From a virus (lineage: Duplodnaviria > Caudoviricetes): 64,000 nt of DNA. Position 1 is the stretch's first letter. Each line of letters opens with the position of its first letter. Location: the IMG/VR virus record IMGVR_UViG_3300011008_000023, positions 1-64,000 of that record, one strand, 5' to 3'. Shown in pieces: positions 1 to 11,000 of the stretch. Made by a program: the position numbers and the translations under genes. The notes under the pieces were generated by a model, which was given only the letters and a program-made list of their open reading frames with translations, was not told the origin of the DNA and ran no database searches.

Positions 1-1
1 G

Positions 2-1459
2 AAGGGCCTGACTAAGGAGAATCACCTTGGGTCTATCTTTCAGTTAGCTCCTCAGAAAGCCTCCAATCTTATGGTGCAACTGCTTGCTTACTACAGAGGA
101 AAGACTCTTGATACCTTCCTGAGTCAGTTCCCCACTAAGGATTTTGACAATGACAGTGAGTACACATGGGAAGTAGTTGGTTCTTCTAGAAGAAATATTC
201 CTCTTGTTGAGGCTAGAGACCTTTCAGGTCAGACTATTTCATCTGGTATGGCAGGTGCTGGTACTGAGCCTTTCTATGTAGTTTTTGCTGAAGATTGGTT
301 TGCTGATGGTGAGGTAATTGTTGGTGAGAAGAATGAGGTTTATCCTCTTAGGATTCTTGCTGACCCTCGTATGGAAGGTACTAATGCTGTCTATAAGGTA
401 GAGCTTATGGGAGGTAACACTGCTGGTATGCCTGCTGATGAGCTTGCCGCTGGTAAGAGATTCTCAATGGACTATGCTCCTGTAGAGAAGGAACTCTCTA
501 GGAAGGCTGGTGATGTTAGGTTCTCTTCTCCTATCTCTATGAGAAATGAGTTCTCTACTATTAGAATTCAGCATAAGGTTCCTGGCTCTATGCTTAATAA
601 GAAACTTGCTGTTGGTATCCCCGTTACTGAGGCTACTGAAAGTGGTAAACTTGTTAAGAATGTCAAGAGCATGTGGATGCATGTTGTTGATTGGGAGGTT
701 GAGTGCCAATGGTCTGATTACAAGAACAACGTTCTCATGTATGGTAGAAGCAACAGAACTGCTAATGGTGAGTACCTGAACTTCGGTAAGTCTGGTAACG
801 TTATTAAGATGGGTGCTGGTCTTAGAGAGCAAATGGAAGTTGCCAATACTTTCTATTACAATGAATTCTCTCTTAAGCTTCTTGAGGATGCTCTTTATGA
901 GCTCTCAGCTGCTAAGCTTGACTTTGGTGATAGATACTTTGTCATTAAGACTGGTGAGAGAGGTGCTTCTCAGTTCCATAAGGCTGTCCTGAATGAAATC
1001 TCTGGTTGGACTCAATTTGAGATTGACAACAGCTCTGTTAAGGTTATTGATAAGACTTCTTCCCCTCTGCACAGCAATGCTCTTAAAGCTGGATTCCAGT
1101 TCACAGAGTTCATGGCTCCTAATGGTGTAAGAGTTAAGATTGATGTTGACCCCTTCTATGATGACCCTGTTAGAAACAAGATTATCCATCCTGATGGTGG
1201 TGTAGCTGAGTCTTACAGATATGATATCCTCTACATCGGTACTATGGACCAACCTAATATCTTCAAGTGCAAGGTAAGAGGTGATGAAGAGTACAGAGGC
1301 TATCAGTGGGGTCTTAGAAATCCTTTCACTGGACAAAAGAACAACCCTTATATGAGCTTTGATGAGGATTCTGCTGTTATCCACAGAATGGCTACTTTGG
1401 GTGTTTGTATTCTTGACCCTACAAGAACAATGTCTTTGATTCCTGCAGTTTTAGGATAA
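2..1459 (+). CDS. Major capsid protein (HK97 fold, crAss-like), 5'-truncated by the window edge
   Basis: Frame is open from nt 2 (KGLTKENHLGSIFQLAPQKASNLMVQLL...). Sequence strongly resembles crAss001-type MCP (SSRRNIPLVEAR, DWFADGE, VDPFYDDPVRNK, DEDSAVIHRMATLG). Strongly biased, high-expression codon usage. Confidence 0.95.
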   Translation, partial: KGLTKENHLGSIFQLAPQKASNLMVQLLAYYRGKTLDTFLSQFPTKDFDNDSEYTWEVVGSSRRNIPLVEARDLSGQTISSGMAGAGTEPFYVVFAEDWFADGEVIVGEKNEVYPLRILADPRMEGTNAVYKVELMGGNTAGMPADELAAGKRFSMDYAPVEKELSRKAGDVRFSSPISMRNEFSTIRIQHKVPGSMLNKKLAVGIPVTEATESGKLVKNVKSMWMHVVDWEVECQWSDYKNNVLMYGRSNRTANGEYLNFGKSGNVIKMGAGLREQMEVANTFYYNEFSLKLLEDALYELSAAKLDFGDRYFVIKTGERGASQFHKAVLNEISGWTQFEIDNSSVKVIDKTSSPLHSNALKAGFQFTEFMAPNGVRVKIDVDPFYDDPVRNKIIHPDGGVAESYRYDILYIGTMDQPNIFKCKVRGDEEYRGYQWGLRNPFTGQKNNPYMSFDEDSAVIHRMATLGVCILDPTRTMSLIPAVLG

Positions 1460-1470
1460 TAAATAATTAT

Positions 1471-1499
1471 GGGAGGAGAGAATAACCCTCCTCCCTTTT
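1471..1499 (+). terminator. Rho-independent terminator/attenuator after MCP
   Basis: GGGAGGAG (1471-1478) pairs with CTCCTCCC (1488-1495), followed by TTTT. Confidence 0.7.
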
Positions 1500-1516
1500 A
1501 ATAATAAAAGGAGAAA

Positions 1517-2512
1517 ATGAGTAAAAAAATGGAAGAGAAAGTAGATTATTCTACACCGGACTTTGAGATTGATGATAGTCCAATCGAGGTTGTTCCTGTC
1601 AATAAGGAGTCAACATCACTTAAGGCAGTTGCAAAACGGTCTTTTAGAGAAGAGCATGAGCCTACAGTAAACATTCTTAGGAATGAAAAAATTACCATAA
1701 GGTATATTCCTAAAGAGAGTGGAATGGTAACAAACCCTAGACACGTTCTCTATGGTGGAATGGCTGAAGGTGCTTCAAGAACATTTGTAGTACCTAGACT
1801 TAGGTCTGGAGCATTTGTGAATGTTCTTACCAAAGAAGAAAAAGCCTTCCTTGAAGATGCAATGGGTCTTGAGTACAACAGTTTAAGTGCAATTAGGACT
1901 GTAGATAATTATTGGAAAACAGTTAGTGTCAGACTTACTAAACAAGATAATTATTTGGATTTATCTAGTCCGACAGATTATATAAAATATAAAGTTCTGC
2001 TGGCTAATAAGGATTATATTGCTCCTTCACTGCAGGCTCTTCAAGACAATCCTAAAGCAACATATCAGTTTGTTATTATTGCTGAAGGTGAAGAGAATAA
2101 ACAGGCAAGGGATAATATGAGCACAATGATGAAGTGTTACAAAGAGTATGGTAAAGTTGATGAGGACACTTACACTCTTAGAGTAATCATTGAAACAATT
2201 GATGGTAGAAATACTGCTCCTAATTCTAAGCTGGAATTCTTACAGACTAAGATTAATAACCTTATTCAGGCAGATAGTAAATTGTTCCTTAGAGTCATCA
2301 CTGACCCGTATTTGAGTACTAAGGTTTTAATTAAGAAGGCTGTTGAAGCAGGAGTAATTTCTAATAGAGACAGTCATTATTTCTTAAGGGAAGGTAGTGT
2401 TCCTCTTTGTGAAGCTAATGAAGAGGCTACTTTAACAACCGCTGCTAAGTACTTAAATTCTCCTAAACATCAGGATGTACTCTTTGCTATTCAAGCAAAA
2501 GTAAAAGAGTAA
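1517..2512 (+). CDS. Conserved crassvirus protein downstream of MCP (morphogenesis module)
   Basis: 331-aa ORF at the position typical of the conserved post-MCP gene. No catalytic motif recognised. Confidence 0.7.
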   Translation: MSKKMEEKVDYSTPDFEIDDSPIEVVPVNKESTSLKAVAKRSFREEHEPTVNILRNEKITIRYIPKESGMVTNPRHVLYGGMAEGASRTFVVPRLRSGAFVNVLTKEEKAFLEDAMGLEYNSLSAIRTVDNYWKTVSVRLTKQDNYLDLSSPTDYIKYKVLLANKDYIAPSLQALQDNPKATYQFVIIAEGEENKQARDNMSTMMKCYKEYGKVDEDTYTLRVIIETIDGRNTAPNSKLEFLQTKINNLIQADSKLFLRVITDPYLSTKVLIKKAVEAGVISNRDSHYFLREGSVPLCEANEEATLTTAAKYLNSPKHQDVLFAIQAKVKE

Positions 2513-2513
2513 A

Positions 2514-3296
2514 ATGACAAGTTCAGAATTTAGTAATCAGTTTGATGTTCTCTATAATAATATAATGTCTAATCAGGCTCCCGGGCTTGATGATTATGAG
2601 AAAAGTGTTTTTCTCACAAAGGCTCAAAATGAGATAGTTTTAGCCTACTTTAATCCTAAGGGAAATAAGTTCTTGGAAGGTTTCGATGGTAATGAGAGAA
2701 GGCAAGTAGATTTCTCTATGATTACTAGAGTTTATACGGTTGATACTACTACTCTTCCTGGATTTCAACCTTCTATGTTTGACGGTAGAAGTGCTGGTGT
2801 AAAGGCGGTACTCTTTCCCAATGATGCTCTCATGATAGTAAATGAAAGACTTGTAGTGACCAGAGATGGCTCTACTGTGAATCTGATGGTTCTTCCCATT
2901 AGTTACACAGAGTATACAAGAGTGATGTCCAAGCCTTTTAAGAGACCTCCTCATTACCAAGCTTGGAGAATAATAAATACTGAGATTGAGGTTGGTACAT
3001 CTGCCACAAGCAGACAAGCAGATTTAATTGCTGGTCCTAGTGACACTTTTGTAGCTTATGTCGCAAGATATATTAAACGTCCTTGTCCTATTGTAGTTGG
3101 TACATTAGAAGGTGTCACCATTGATGGTTATAATGATGTTTCAGAGTGTGAGCTGGACCCTAGTATTCATGAAGACATTTTACAAAGAGCTGTTGAATTA
3201 GCTAAAGCTGCTTATACTGGAGATGTATCAACACAGGTTGCCTTGGGGTCAAATAGTGGAACTGAATTAGGAATTACTTCTACTCAAAGTAAATAA
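2514..3296 (+). CDS. Tail ring/adaptor protein
   Basis: MT.xEFSNxFDxLxN...YEKSxFLTxAQ start and HxxILxxAV end; paralog of the next ORF; crAss tail-ring position. Confidence 0.7.
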   Translation: MTSSEFSNQFDVLYNNIMSNQAPGLDDYEKSVFLTKAQNEIVLAYFNPKGNKFLEGFDGNERRQVDFSMITRVYTVDTTTLPGFQPSMFDGRSAGVKAVLFPNDALMIVNERLVVTRDGSTVNLMVLPISYTEYTRVMSKPFKRPPHYQAWRIINTEIEVGTSATSRQADLIAGPSDTFVAYVARYIKRPCPIVVGTLEGVTIDGYNDVSECELDPSIHEDILQRAVELAKAAYTGDVSTQVALGSNSGTELGITSTQSK

Positions 3297-3298
3297 TT

Positions 3299-4009
3299 AT
3301 GACAACTCAAGAATTTTCAAATAGTTTTGATACTTTACTAAATAGCTATGCTAGAAAAGCATCTTATGGAGATTCTTCATCCTACCAAGATATTAATTTG
3401 GATGAATACGAGAAGTCACTGTTTCTTACTGAAGCCCAAGAGCAATTGGTACTAACTTACTATAATGGCAAGAACAGTACATTAGACTCATTTGAAAAAA
3501 CTGAAGAGCTGAGAAGATACTTAAGTAACTTGGTTCACACTGCAGAAGTATCTCCTGAAGAGAATAGTGAGGAATCACTATTAACCTCAAACTCTCAAAT
3601 ATTTAGTCTCCCTGATGACCTTTGGTTTATTACATATGAGGCTGCTAAATTAGGAAGTTCTTCAGATAATTGCGTAAATGAGAAATTAATTCAAGTAGTA
3701 CCTGTTACTCAAGACGATTTACATAGAGTCTTAGAGAATCCATTTAAGAGCTTTGGGTTTAGAAGAGTATTAAGACTAGATATCACTGATAATAAGGTTG
3801 AACTTATTTCAAAATATAGTATCAGCAAATATATAGTTAGATACATAAGTAAGGTTAATCCTATAATTCTAGTTGACCTTCCTAATGGACTTAGTATTGA
3901 TGGAAGAATAAAAGCTAGAACTAGTGACCTCCATGAAGCTCTACATAAGGCTATTTTAGAATTAGCGGTTAGACTCGCTTTACAAAGTAAAGGAATACAA
4001 ATACAATAA
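3299..4009 (+). CDS. Tail ring/adaptor protein (paralog of 2514-3296)
   Basis: Shares MTTQEFSNSFD, YEKSLFLTEAQ, P..P.I and LH..IL..AV motifs with the upstream ORF. Confidence 0.7.
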   Translation: MTTQEFSNSFDTLLNSYARKASYGDSSSYQDINLDEYEKSLFLTEAQEQLVLTYYNGKNSTLDSFEKTEELRRYLSNLVHTAEVSPEENSEESLLTSNSQIFSLPDDLWFITYEAAKLGSSSDNCVNEKLIQVVPVTQDDLHRVLENPFKSFGFRRVLRLDITDNKVELISKYSISKYIVRYISKVNPIILVDLPNGLSIDGRIKARTSDLHEALHKAILELAVRLALQSKGIQIQ

Positions 4010-4037
4010 AACATTTTTAAAATTAATATTATAATTT

Positions 4038-5057
4038 ATGGCTACTTTTAGTACAAATCAAGTTAAGCATCTTTATGTTGCTAAAGCCGTAGATAGCAAT
4101 CTCGATACTCTTGGAGATATCAAGTTCATCGATGCTGGTGATGGTCAGATTGCTGCTAAGTATGTTGGTAATGATGGCATAGTCAGAACTGACCTTATTG
4201 ACCTCGCTACTCTTAAGGGTAAAGCTGTTAAGGCTTCTTCTATGTCTAGGTACCTTAAGAGTGCTTATATTGCCAGCTCCTCTGCTGTTGCTGGACAGGA
4301 CTATATTCTTAAGGTTACTCTCGACCACTTTGGTGGTATGACTGCTGAGGATAAGGGATTTATTTTTGCTGATTACAGAGCTACTAGTACAGATGCAGCT
4401 AAGAATGTAATTGCTAATCTTGCTATTAATCTGGCTAAGAATGCTTCTAAAGCTGCTTATAATGACATCATCAATGTCTATGTGACAACTGCTGCTACTG
4501 CCAGTACAGCTCTGACACTTAATACAAATCTTTGGGCTGTCTCTAAGAATTCTGATGCTGCTACAGTTGCTGGCTATGGCTCTCTGACTGCTATTGTCAT
4601 TGAGGCTGCTGAACAGCCTTGGCTGCTTGGTAGAGCACCCTATGACATGATTTATTTCTCAGTTGCTGCTGACCCTATTATGTCTAGTGGTCTTGAGACT
4701 GATTGGGCTACAATTACTTATGATACTGCCCACCCTACTCCTGCAATTGTCAACAGCAAACTTATTGCTGACCTTGAGTACTTCTGCATGGGTGAGAGAG
4801 GTGATATCTATAGAAATGTTGGCTGGCCTAACAGCTTTGAGTTCAAACCTCTTGTTGATGCTGATGCTCAGTATGGTTATCATGTTATTGAGCTCACTTG
4901 GGCTTATCAGGGTGATGCTGAGGACATTCAGAAATCCCCTAAGGAGCTTGTAATTGTTTCTCCTGCTGAGGGTGCTACCACTTACACAGTTATCAACGCT
5001 GTGGCTTCTGCTATCAACAGTGCTGCTGGAACTACTGTGGTTGCCACACTTTCCTAA
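4038..5057 (+). CDS. Abundant virion protein, likely auxiliary capsid protein
   Basis: Ala/Thr-rich, MCP-like codon bias, DLEYFCMGERGD motif, followed by its own terminator. Confidence 0.65.
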   Translation: MATFSTNQVKHLYVAKAVDSNLDTLGDIKFIDAGDGQIAAKYVGNDGIVRTDLIDLATLKGKAVKASSMSRYLKSAYIASSSAVAGQDYILKVTLDHFGGMTAEDKGFIFADYRATSTDAAKNVIANLAINLAKNASKAAYNDIINVYVTTAATASTALTLNTNLWAVSKNSDAATVAGYGSLTAIVIEAAEQPWLLGRAPYDMIYFSVAADPIMSSGLETDWATITYDTAHPTPAIVNSKLIADLEYFCMGERGDIYRNVGWPNSFEFKPLVDADAQYGYHVIELTWAYQGDAEDIQKSPKELVIVSPAEGATTYTVINAVASAINSAAGTTVVATLS

Positions 5058-5074
5058 GAATTAAACATTAACAT

Positions 5075-5105
5075 AAGGAGGAGGTAATCCTCCTCCTTTA
5101 TTTTT
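5075..5105 (+). terminator. Rho-independent terminator
   Basis: AAGGAGGAGG-TAAT-CCTCCTCCTT perfect 10-bp stem followed by TATTTTT. Confidence 0.8.
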
Positions 5106-5109
5106 CATT

Positions 5110-5664
5110 ATGATTAAATTTACAGACTTAAGAGTTAATAAGGGACACCTCATAATTACTGCTGAGGTCAGAGAGATTGAAGACTACTATGACAATGTTT
5201 ATATCTCCCAGATTAAAATTGATAGTCAAGATACCTTTAGCTCTTCTGGACCGTCTAGCAGTTTAATCTATGAAAGTGAGACTTTTACATCTGCAAAGAA
5301 AGTTACATTAGACCTTACTGTTAATGACTTTACAGAAGCCATAGATATGAATAGAACAATGTTCTTCGTCTATGCTGAAGCTTCTGGAACGCCATCTGCA
5401 AGTACCCCCTGTGGTTTTGATGAAACTCCTTCTGTGGGAGTAACTTTTTCATTATGCCCTATTTATAATGAAACGATGCAATATGTTAAAGAAATTGAAG
5501 AGAAGTGTGACTTACCTAAGAATTTCATTAACATGATTTTGCAGTTCAAGGCCATTCAATATTCTATTAATTCTGGTCACTTCACACAGGCAATTAAGTA
5601 CTACAATAAGTTTTATAAAAACCTCAGTGTGAGTACCTCTAATTCCTGTGGTTGTAATGGATAA
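5110..5664 (+). CDS. Tail hub/fibre-attachment protein A (putative)
   Basis: 184 aa ending in the CGCNG motif; structural module position. Confidence 0.55.
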   Translation: MIKFTDLRVNKGHLIITAEVREIEDYYDNVYISQIKIDSQDTFSSSGPSSSLIYESETFTSAKKVTLDLTVNDFTEAIDMNRTMFFVYAEASGTPSASTPCGFDETPSVGVTFSLCPIYNETMQYVKEIEEKCDLPKNFINMILQFKAIQYSINSGHFTQAIKYYNKFYKNLSVSTSNSCGCNG

Positions 5665-6052
5665 CTTATTATATAACTCCTGCTTAAGGTATTTTACCTC
5701 TCTATCATATTATGGTTTCAAGAGTGAATTGGATGTAAAAAAATTATTATTTTATGTATTTATTCAAGAACTTGTGAACACCACATCCATAGTAATCTCA
5801 GAAGAAGACTATAAACATTTAGAGAATGCTCTTTACAACTTATATGGAACAACTTGTTTAATACCTTATCCAGATTATTGTGAAAGACCTATGTATGCAC
5901 ATTTAGGAGATATTGCTGAATTATCTGCAAGAATGGCTAAAATTGAAGAAGTAAATGATACTCAAGATGCAAAGATAGAAGCCATTGAGGATACCAAGGT
6001 AGTTAAAGATGAACAATCTGATATTGCGGAAATTGCAGATATTGAGATTTAA
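5657..6052 (+). CDS. Tail hub protein B (putative); likely start is ATG 5657
   Basis: Overlaps the previous stop; LYGTTCLIPYP motif; structural module. Confidence 0.5.
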   Translation: MDNLLYNSCLRYFTSLSYYGFKSELDVKKLLFYVFIQELVNTTSIVISEEDYKHLENALYNLYGTTCLIPYPDYCERPMYAHLGDIAELSARMAKIEEVNDTQDAKIEAIEDTKVVKDEQSDIAEIADIEI

Positions 6053-6092
6053 TTAAATAACTTAGTTAAACAGTAAAAAAATAATAAAAACA

Positions 6093-6123
6093 TTGCAAAC
6101 ATGAATTATTTAATTTATATTTG
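6093..6123 (+). promoter_or_regulatory. Bacteroidota housekeeping-sigma-type promoter (TTG...TAnnTTTG) embedded in a palindrome
   Basis: TTGCA at 6093 and TATATTTG at 6116-6123; same spacing as the promoter at 12953-12983. Confidence 0.7.
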
Positions 6124-6146
6124 CAATGTTTTTTGATATATACAGC

Positions 6147-6836
6147 ATGAGTACTTACAGAGAAATTGTATATATGTGTCTTGATGAAATCAAACTCATT
6201 AGTGATGATGCATATTTTACACAAGACCATATCATATTTTTAGCAGATAAATATAGAGCATTCCTTCTTAAAAAGAACTATACTGACATTAAGAAAGCTG
6301 TTCCTGAAAGCAATTATCAAACACTTTGTTTAGACCTTGAGAAGGTGCGGGGCATAGAAGGAGATGATTGTAGCCAAACCTATTTAAGAAGCGTAGAAAA
6401 GATTCCAGACACTCTTCCAGTAGGGACCTCAAAGGTTAGTTCCCTAGATTTTCTTTCTGGAGAAATTACTTATGTGAATAGAGAAAGAATGAAATATGTA
6501 GGACATAATAAATTCTTAAGAAATATAATCTATTGTACTATTGGACCTGACAATAAATTATACCTTAAATCTCAGAATCCTCAGATGCAGTATCTTGAGA
6601 AAGTTCAGTATGCAGGAATCTTTGAGGACTCTGCAGAAGCATCTAAGATGGAATGTGATAATAATGGTACTGAATCCAATTGTGACCCTCTAGACAATAA
6701 GTACCCTCTTGAAGAAGCTTTAGTTCCAATGGTTATTGAGTTTATTGTGAAAGAACTTACTGGAGCTGCATATAAACCAGAGGATGAGAATAATAATGCT
6801 AAAGATGATTTATCTGGATTAGCAGTTAAACAATAA
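6147..6836 (+). CDS. Tail ring protein; likely start ATG 6147 (MSTYREIVY)
   Basis: Tail ring-like ORF. The upstream ATG 6126 lies only 2 nt after the promoter box, inside the palindrome, so 6147 is the more plausible start. Confidence 0.65.
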   Translation: MSTYREIVYMCLDEIKLISDDAYFTQDHIIFLADKYRAFLLKKNYTDIKKAVPESNYQTLCLDLEKVRGIEGDDCSQTYLRSVEKIPDTLPVGTSKVSSLDFLSGEITYVNRERMKYVGHNKFLRNIIYCTIGPDNKLYLKSQNPQMQYLEKVQYAGIFEDSAEASKMECDNNGTESNCDPLDNKYPLEEALVPMVIEFIVKELTGAAYKPEDENNNAKDDLSGLAVKQ

Positions 6837-6841
6837 TAAAA

Positions 6842-7381
6842 ATGGAAGAGCAGAAGTTCCGTTCTAGTATTAGAAGGGTAAATGAATCAAGAAAGCACAA
6901 AGTTACTGGCTCTTTAGGAGTTTATGATGCATATAAATGGTATAGAAAAAATAAACCTAAGGAGAAGAAATATATACTATCAGAGAGTCAGTACTTTACA
7001 ATAATAAGAAGAATAAATGAAGCCTTAAGAGAGGAGCTATTATTAACCGGGGACCTTATGTTTCCTTGTAGAATGGGAAGACTTGAAATTAGAAAACACC
7101 CAGCTATAATTACTAGTGATGGTAAAAAAATAAAAACTAATTTACCAATAGATTGGGATGCCACTTTAAAATTGTGGTTTGAAGATGAAGAGTGTCGCAG
7201 AGATAAGACATTAGTTAGGACTAATGTTTCTGAGATATTTAGAGTGTATTACAATAAGGGCAAAGCTAATTACAATAATAAATCATTCTATCAATTCTCT
7301 ACTAATAGAGAACTTAAGAGGCTTCTAAAGGATGCCATAAAGAACAATATTAATTTTGATGCATTTGTAAATTATATATGA
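6842..7381 (+). CDS. IHF/HU-like basic DNA-binding protein of the crAss structural module
   Basis: Very basic; helix-helix then L.FP.RMG.LEI.K strand pattern of the HU/IHF fold. Confidence 0.6.
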   Translation: MEEQKFRSSIRRVNESRKHKVTGSLGVYDAYKWYRKNKPKEKKYILSESQYFTIIRRINEALREELLLTGDLMFPCRMGRLEIRKHPAIITSDGKKIKTNLPIDWDATLKLWFEDEECRRDKTLVRTNVSEIFRVYYNKGKANYNNKSFYQFSTNRELKRLLKDAIKNNINFDAFVNYI

Positions 7382-7382
7382 T

Positions 7383-8045
7383 ATGGAATATATAAGTATT
7401 AGACAAATATTAGATGACCTCCTTGCAGATGATATGTTAAAAGATCTTTCATTAGAAAGAGCTGTTAATTATGCTGTAGAGTTTATCAAGGTGGTAGGTA
7501 TGCCTCCTATATTTGAATCTAAAGTTGCAACTATACCTATTAAGGATTATAGAGGAGAACTCCCTTGTGATTTCTATGAAGTTATTCAAGTAAGAAAACC
7601 CAATGGATTTGCATATCTCTCTGCAGAAGGAAGTTTCCTTGAAGGAGGGAAGCAAAATCTTTCAACTTATCATATTAAAGGAAGGATTATATTTACTTCC
7701 ACAAAAGATGACGATATAGAAGTTGCCTATAGAGCTATTAAAGTAGATGATGATGGATTTCCTTTAATACCAGATAATGGTACTTTTGCAAGAGCTTTGG
7801 AACTCTATATTCAAAAGAGATATTTTACTATTCAGTTTAATAATAGTAAGATTCCTTTAAATGTTCTTCAAAACACTCAGCAAGAATATGCCTTCTATGT
7901 TGGTCAGGCACAATCAGATTTGATTAGACCTAACATTGACCAAATGGAGTCTATTAAGAATATGTGGAATACTTTAATTCCTAAGATTCACAAACACACT
8001 GAGAGTTTTAAAACTATTAATTCACCAGAGATTTTATCATTTTAA
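7383..8045 (+). CDS. Tail tubular/ring protein
   Basis: ELPCDF, VAYRAI.VDDDGFPLIPD motifs typical of crAss tail tubular proteins; lies just upstream of the muzzle gene. Confidence 0.7.
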   Translation: MEYISIRQILDDLLADDMLKDLSLERAVNYAVEFIKVVGMPPIFESKVATIPIKDYRGELPCDFYEVIQVRKPNGFAYLSAEGSFLEGGKQNLSTYHIKGRIIFTSTKDDDIEVAYRAIKVDDDGFPLIPDNGTFARALELYIQKRYFTIQFNNSKIPLNVLQNTQQEYAFYVGQAQSDLIRPNIDQMESIKNMWNTLIPKIHKHTESFKTINSPEILSF

Positions 8046-8047
8046 TT

Positions 8048-11000
8048 ATGGCAATTAATAAGGCACCTTTTGCTATTAGTGGCATGACTAGAGACTTGGC
8101 TGCATCAAAGTTTAGTTCTGAATATGCCTATGAAAATAAGAATGTAAGAGTAGAGGCTACTGATGAAAATACTACTGGAGCACTTGTTAATGAGAGGGGC
8201 AACAAAAAAGTTGACACTGGAATATTCTATGAAGGTATTAGTGGTACACCTATAGGTCAGGCAGTACTAAATGATGAACTTGTATTATTTACAACAGGGG
8301 GTACTCCAGCTCCTATAATTCTGACAAGGTTTGTTACTGATATAGGTATTGCAAATAGATATAAGAGATACTACACCTATAATGATGCTATGAATGATAG
8401 TAATGGTGAGTATCTTGACCAAGAATATAGCGTAGGAGATTATAACTACTTTTTTGGTGATGAAGATTCGTATATTGGATTCACTGATACTGATGGTATT
8501 AGAAAAGTGTTATCCCCTATTAATGGAGGGTACCCAGTACTTGTAATGAGTGTTGATTTTAACTTTGACTGTCTCTACTATGTATCTTCTTGGGAAGAAG
8601 ATGATGAGGCTCCAGATTTTAATGGTCACACATTATCCTTTAGATTGTATACAATTGCTGATTTGACTACTGCAGATAATATTTATAAGATTAATCTCAG
8701 TGACACTACTGACTTGGGTGGTGAAGTATTATACAGTGGCAATTTAGGATTTACAACAGATAATCCAATTGAGTGTATTACTGTCTTTGAAAATAGTGAT
8801 TTAAAGAAAGTATATTGGACTGATGGTGAGAATCAGCCAAGAGTAATTAATATTGCTGCTAGTGCTGCTGCCAAAGCAAAGTGGGATGATAACTCCTTTG
8901 ATTTTGTAAAAAAACTTTCCCTTAAAGAAGAAGTTGAAGTTACAAGAAACCTTGTAACCAATGGCTCTTTTGCTCCTGGTGTTGTGCAGTATTGCATGAC
9001 TTATTATAATTTATATGGTCAGCAGAGTAACATATTCTACACATCTCCTCTTTTATATGTGTCTTACAATGATAGAGGTGCAGATGCTGCCGATAAAGTT
9101 GGAGTAAGTTTCTCTTTTAAAATTAATCAGTATGACTCTAAATATGAATACTTAAGAATCTATTGTATTCATAGAACCTCTTTAGATGCTACTCCATATG
9201 TTAGAAAAGTTGTAGATTTAGCAGTACCTACAGCTGGTTATATGTATTACACAGATTATGGTAATGCTGGGGAAACTATTGACCCCACAGAGTTGTTATT
9301 TATAGGTGGGCAAGTTGCTTCTTTTGGTACAATGGCTCAAAAGGATAATACTTTATTCTTGGGAGACATTCAAATTAAAAAGCCGACAGTTAGTAAAGCA
9401 ATTAAAAATTCTATAAGAAACCTTGTTCCTAGTGCTTATGCTACAAGAAGTGTAGGAGGATTATCTAGACCTAGTGGATTATATACTTATAATAACCTGC
9501 TTCAATATGACTCTTCAAAGATTACTACCTTTAAAGTAGGTGAAACCTACAGACTTGGAGTACAACTTCAAGACCAATATGGGGTTTGGTCCTCACCTAT
9601 TTGGGTGACTGACTATGAAGTAAACAATGGTTCTTTCCCTATACTTGATGACTCTGGTAATTTTTATAAGATTAATATCTCTACCAGTTTCTCTGCTATA
9701 TTTAGTAATGCTTTGTTAGACGTAGGATACTTAAGAATTAGACCTGTAATAGTTTATCCCTCTATTACAGATAGAACAATTGTTTGTCAAGGAGTCCTTT
9801 GCCCTACAGTATATAATGTAGGAGATAGGTATAATAATTCCCCTGCTGTACAGTCATCTTGGTTTTTTAGACCTAATGCTCCAGTAAGCAATATATACAA
9901 CAGTGATTTAATAAGTAGTGGTGGTACATATGATGCTACTTACACTCCTGTCATGTCTAATAGTAGAGATTTGTATAATGATAATGTCATTAATGCAGCA
10001 ACTGTTAACAATGGTAAATGGGCAGAATTCAGACATAATAAGAAAATCCCAGGCAACTCTAAGGAGAATGCTGAGATTCAGTGCATTACACATCCCCCCG
10101 AGCCATTCTTACAAGATGTTAATGAGAGTTATACAGAAAGTAGTGACCCTGCACAATGGGTATCTGAGAATAAAGAGTGCTTCTATGTAGACCAATCTAT
10201 TGTAACAATGCATTCTCCAGATATTGAGTTTGATAAGGAAGTAAGAAGTATTGACTTTTCTAATCTTAAGTTAAGGATTGTTGGGTATATACCTCTTACA
10301 TCTCATGTATCAGACATAGACATTTCTGTTTCTACTCCACCACTAAACTACTCTAAAGGAAGTGATAACGAATACACAGATACAACTCCGGGATTATATA
10401 AAGAGAAAGTTTCCTATATGTTCACTTCTAATGGCAGATATGGATGGAAAAGTGCTCTTTCTGGCCCATATTGGCTAGATGAATTATATGGCTCTGCTGT
10501 AGATAATAGTGAAAAAAAGAATGTTGGATTTATAGTTTATCCTTGGCACAGAAATGGTTCTTTAAATAATACTAGGTCTGTAGAATCGGGGCAAGCAAAA
10601 TCTGCCATGCTTCTTCAGAAGAAAATGTCTATTCTTAGACACTCATATTATACAGAATGGTTTAATACACCTTGGTATGCTTATGAGACAGGTAGTTCTA
10701 CAAAAACAGGAATTTCTGGAGTTATGGTATATGATTCCAATGAAGTTACAAATATTAAACTTCCTGAACCTGAAAACTCTAATATAGGAGAAATTAATTA
10801 TAGTGGCAATATTGATAAGATAATCACCTTCCACACCAATCCAAAACCTAGGAGTAATCAATATGCTCTTGATAGAGATACTGATAACTTTAGTGGTTTG
10901 GATTCAACCACAAGTTCATTCTACCCTATTATAGTAGCAAAAAGCTCAACAGATTTAACTATTTGGGAAGGGAAGACAAATCCTTCTAGTGTAGAACATT

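Noticed and set aside
464-1384. Antisense and alternative-frame ORFs over MCP (also 4029-4328, 37002-37757, 58318-58821, 60185-60850 and similar)
   Set aside because: Shadow ORFs expected from strong codon bias on the coding strand; no motifs, and they run against operon orientation or lack plausible starts.
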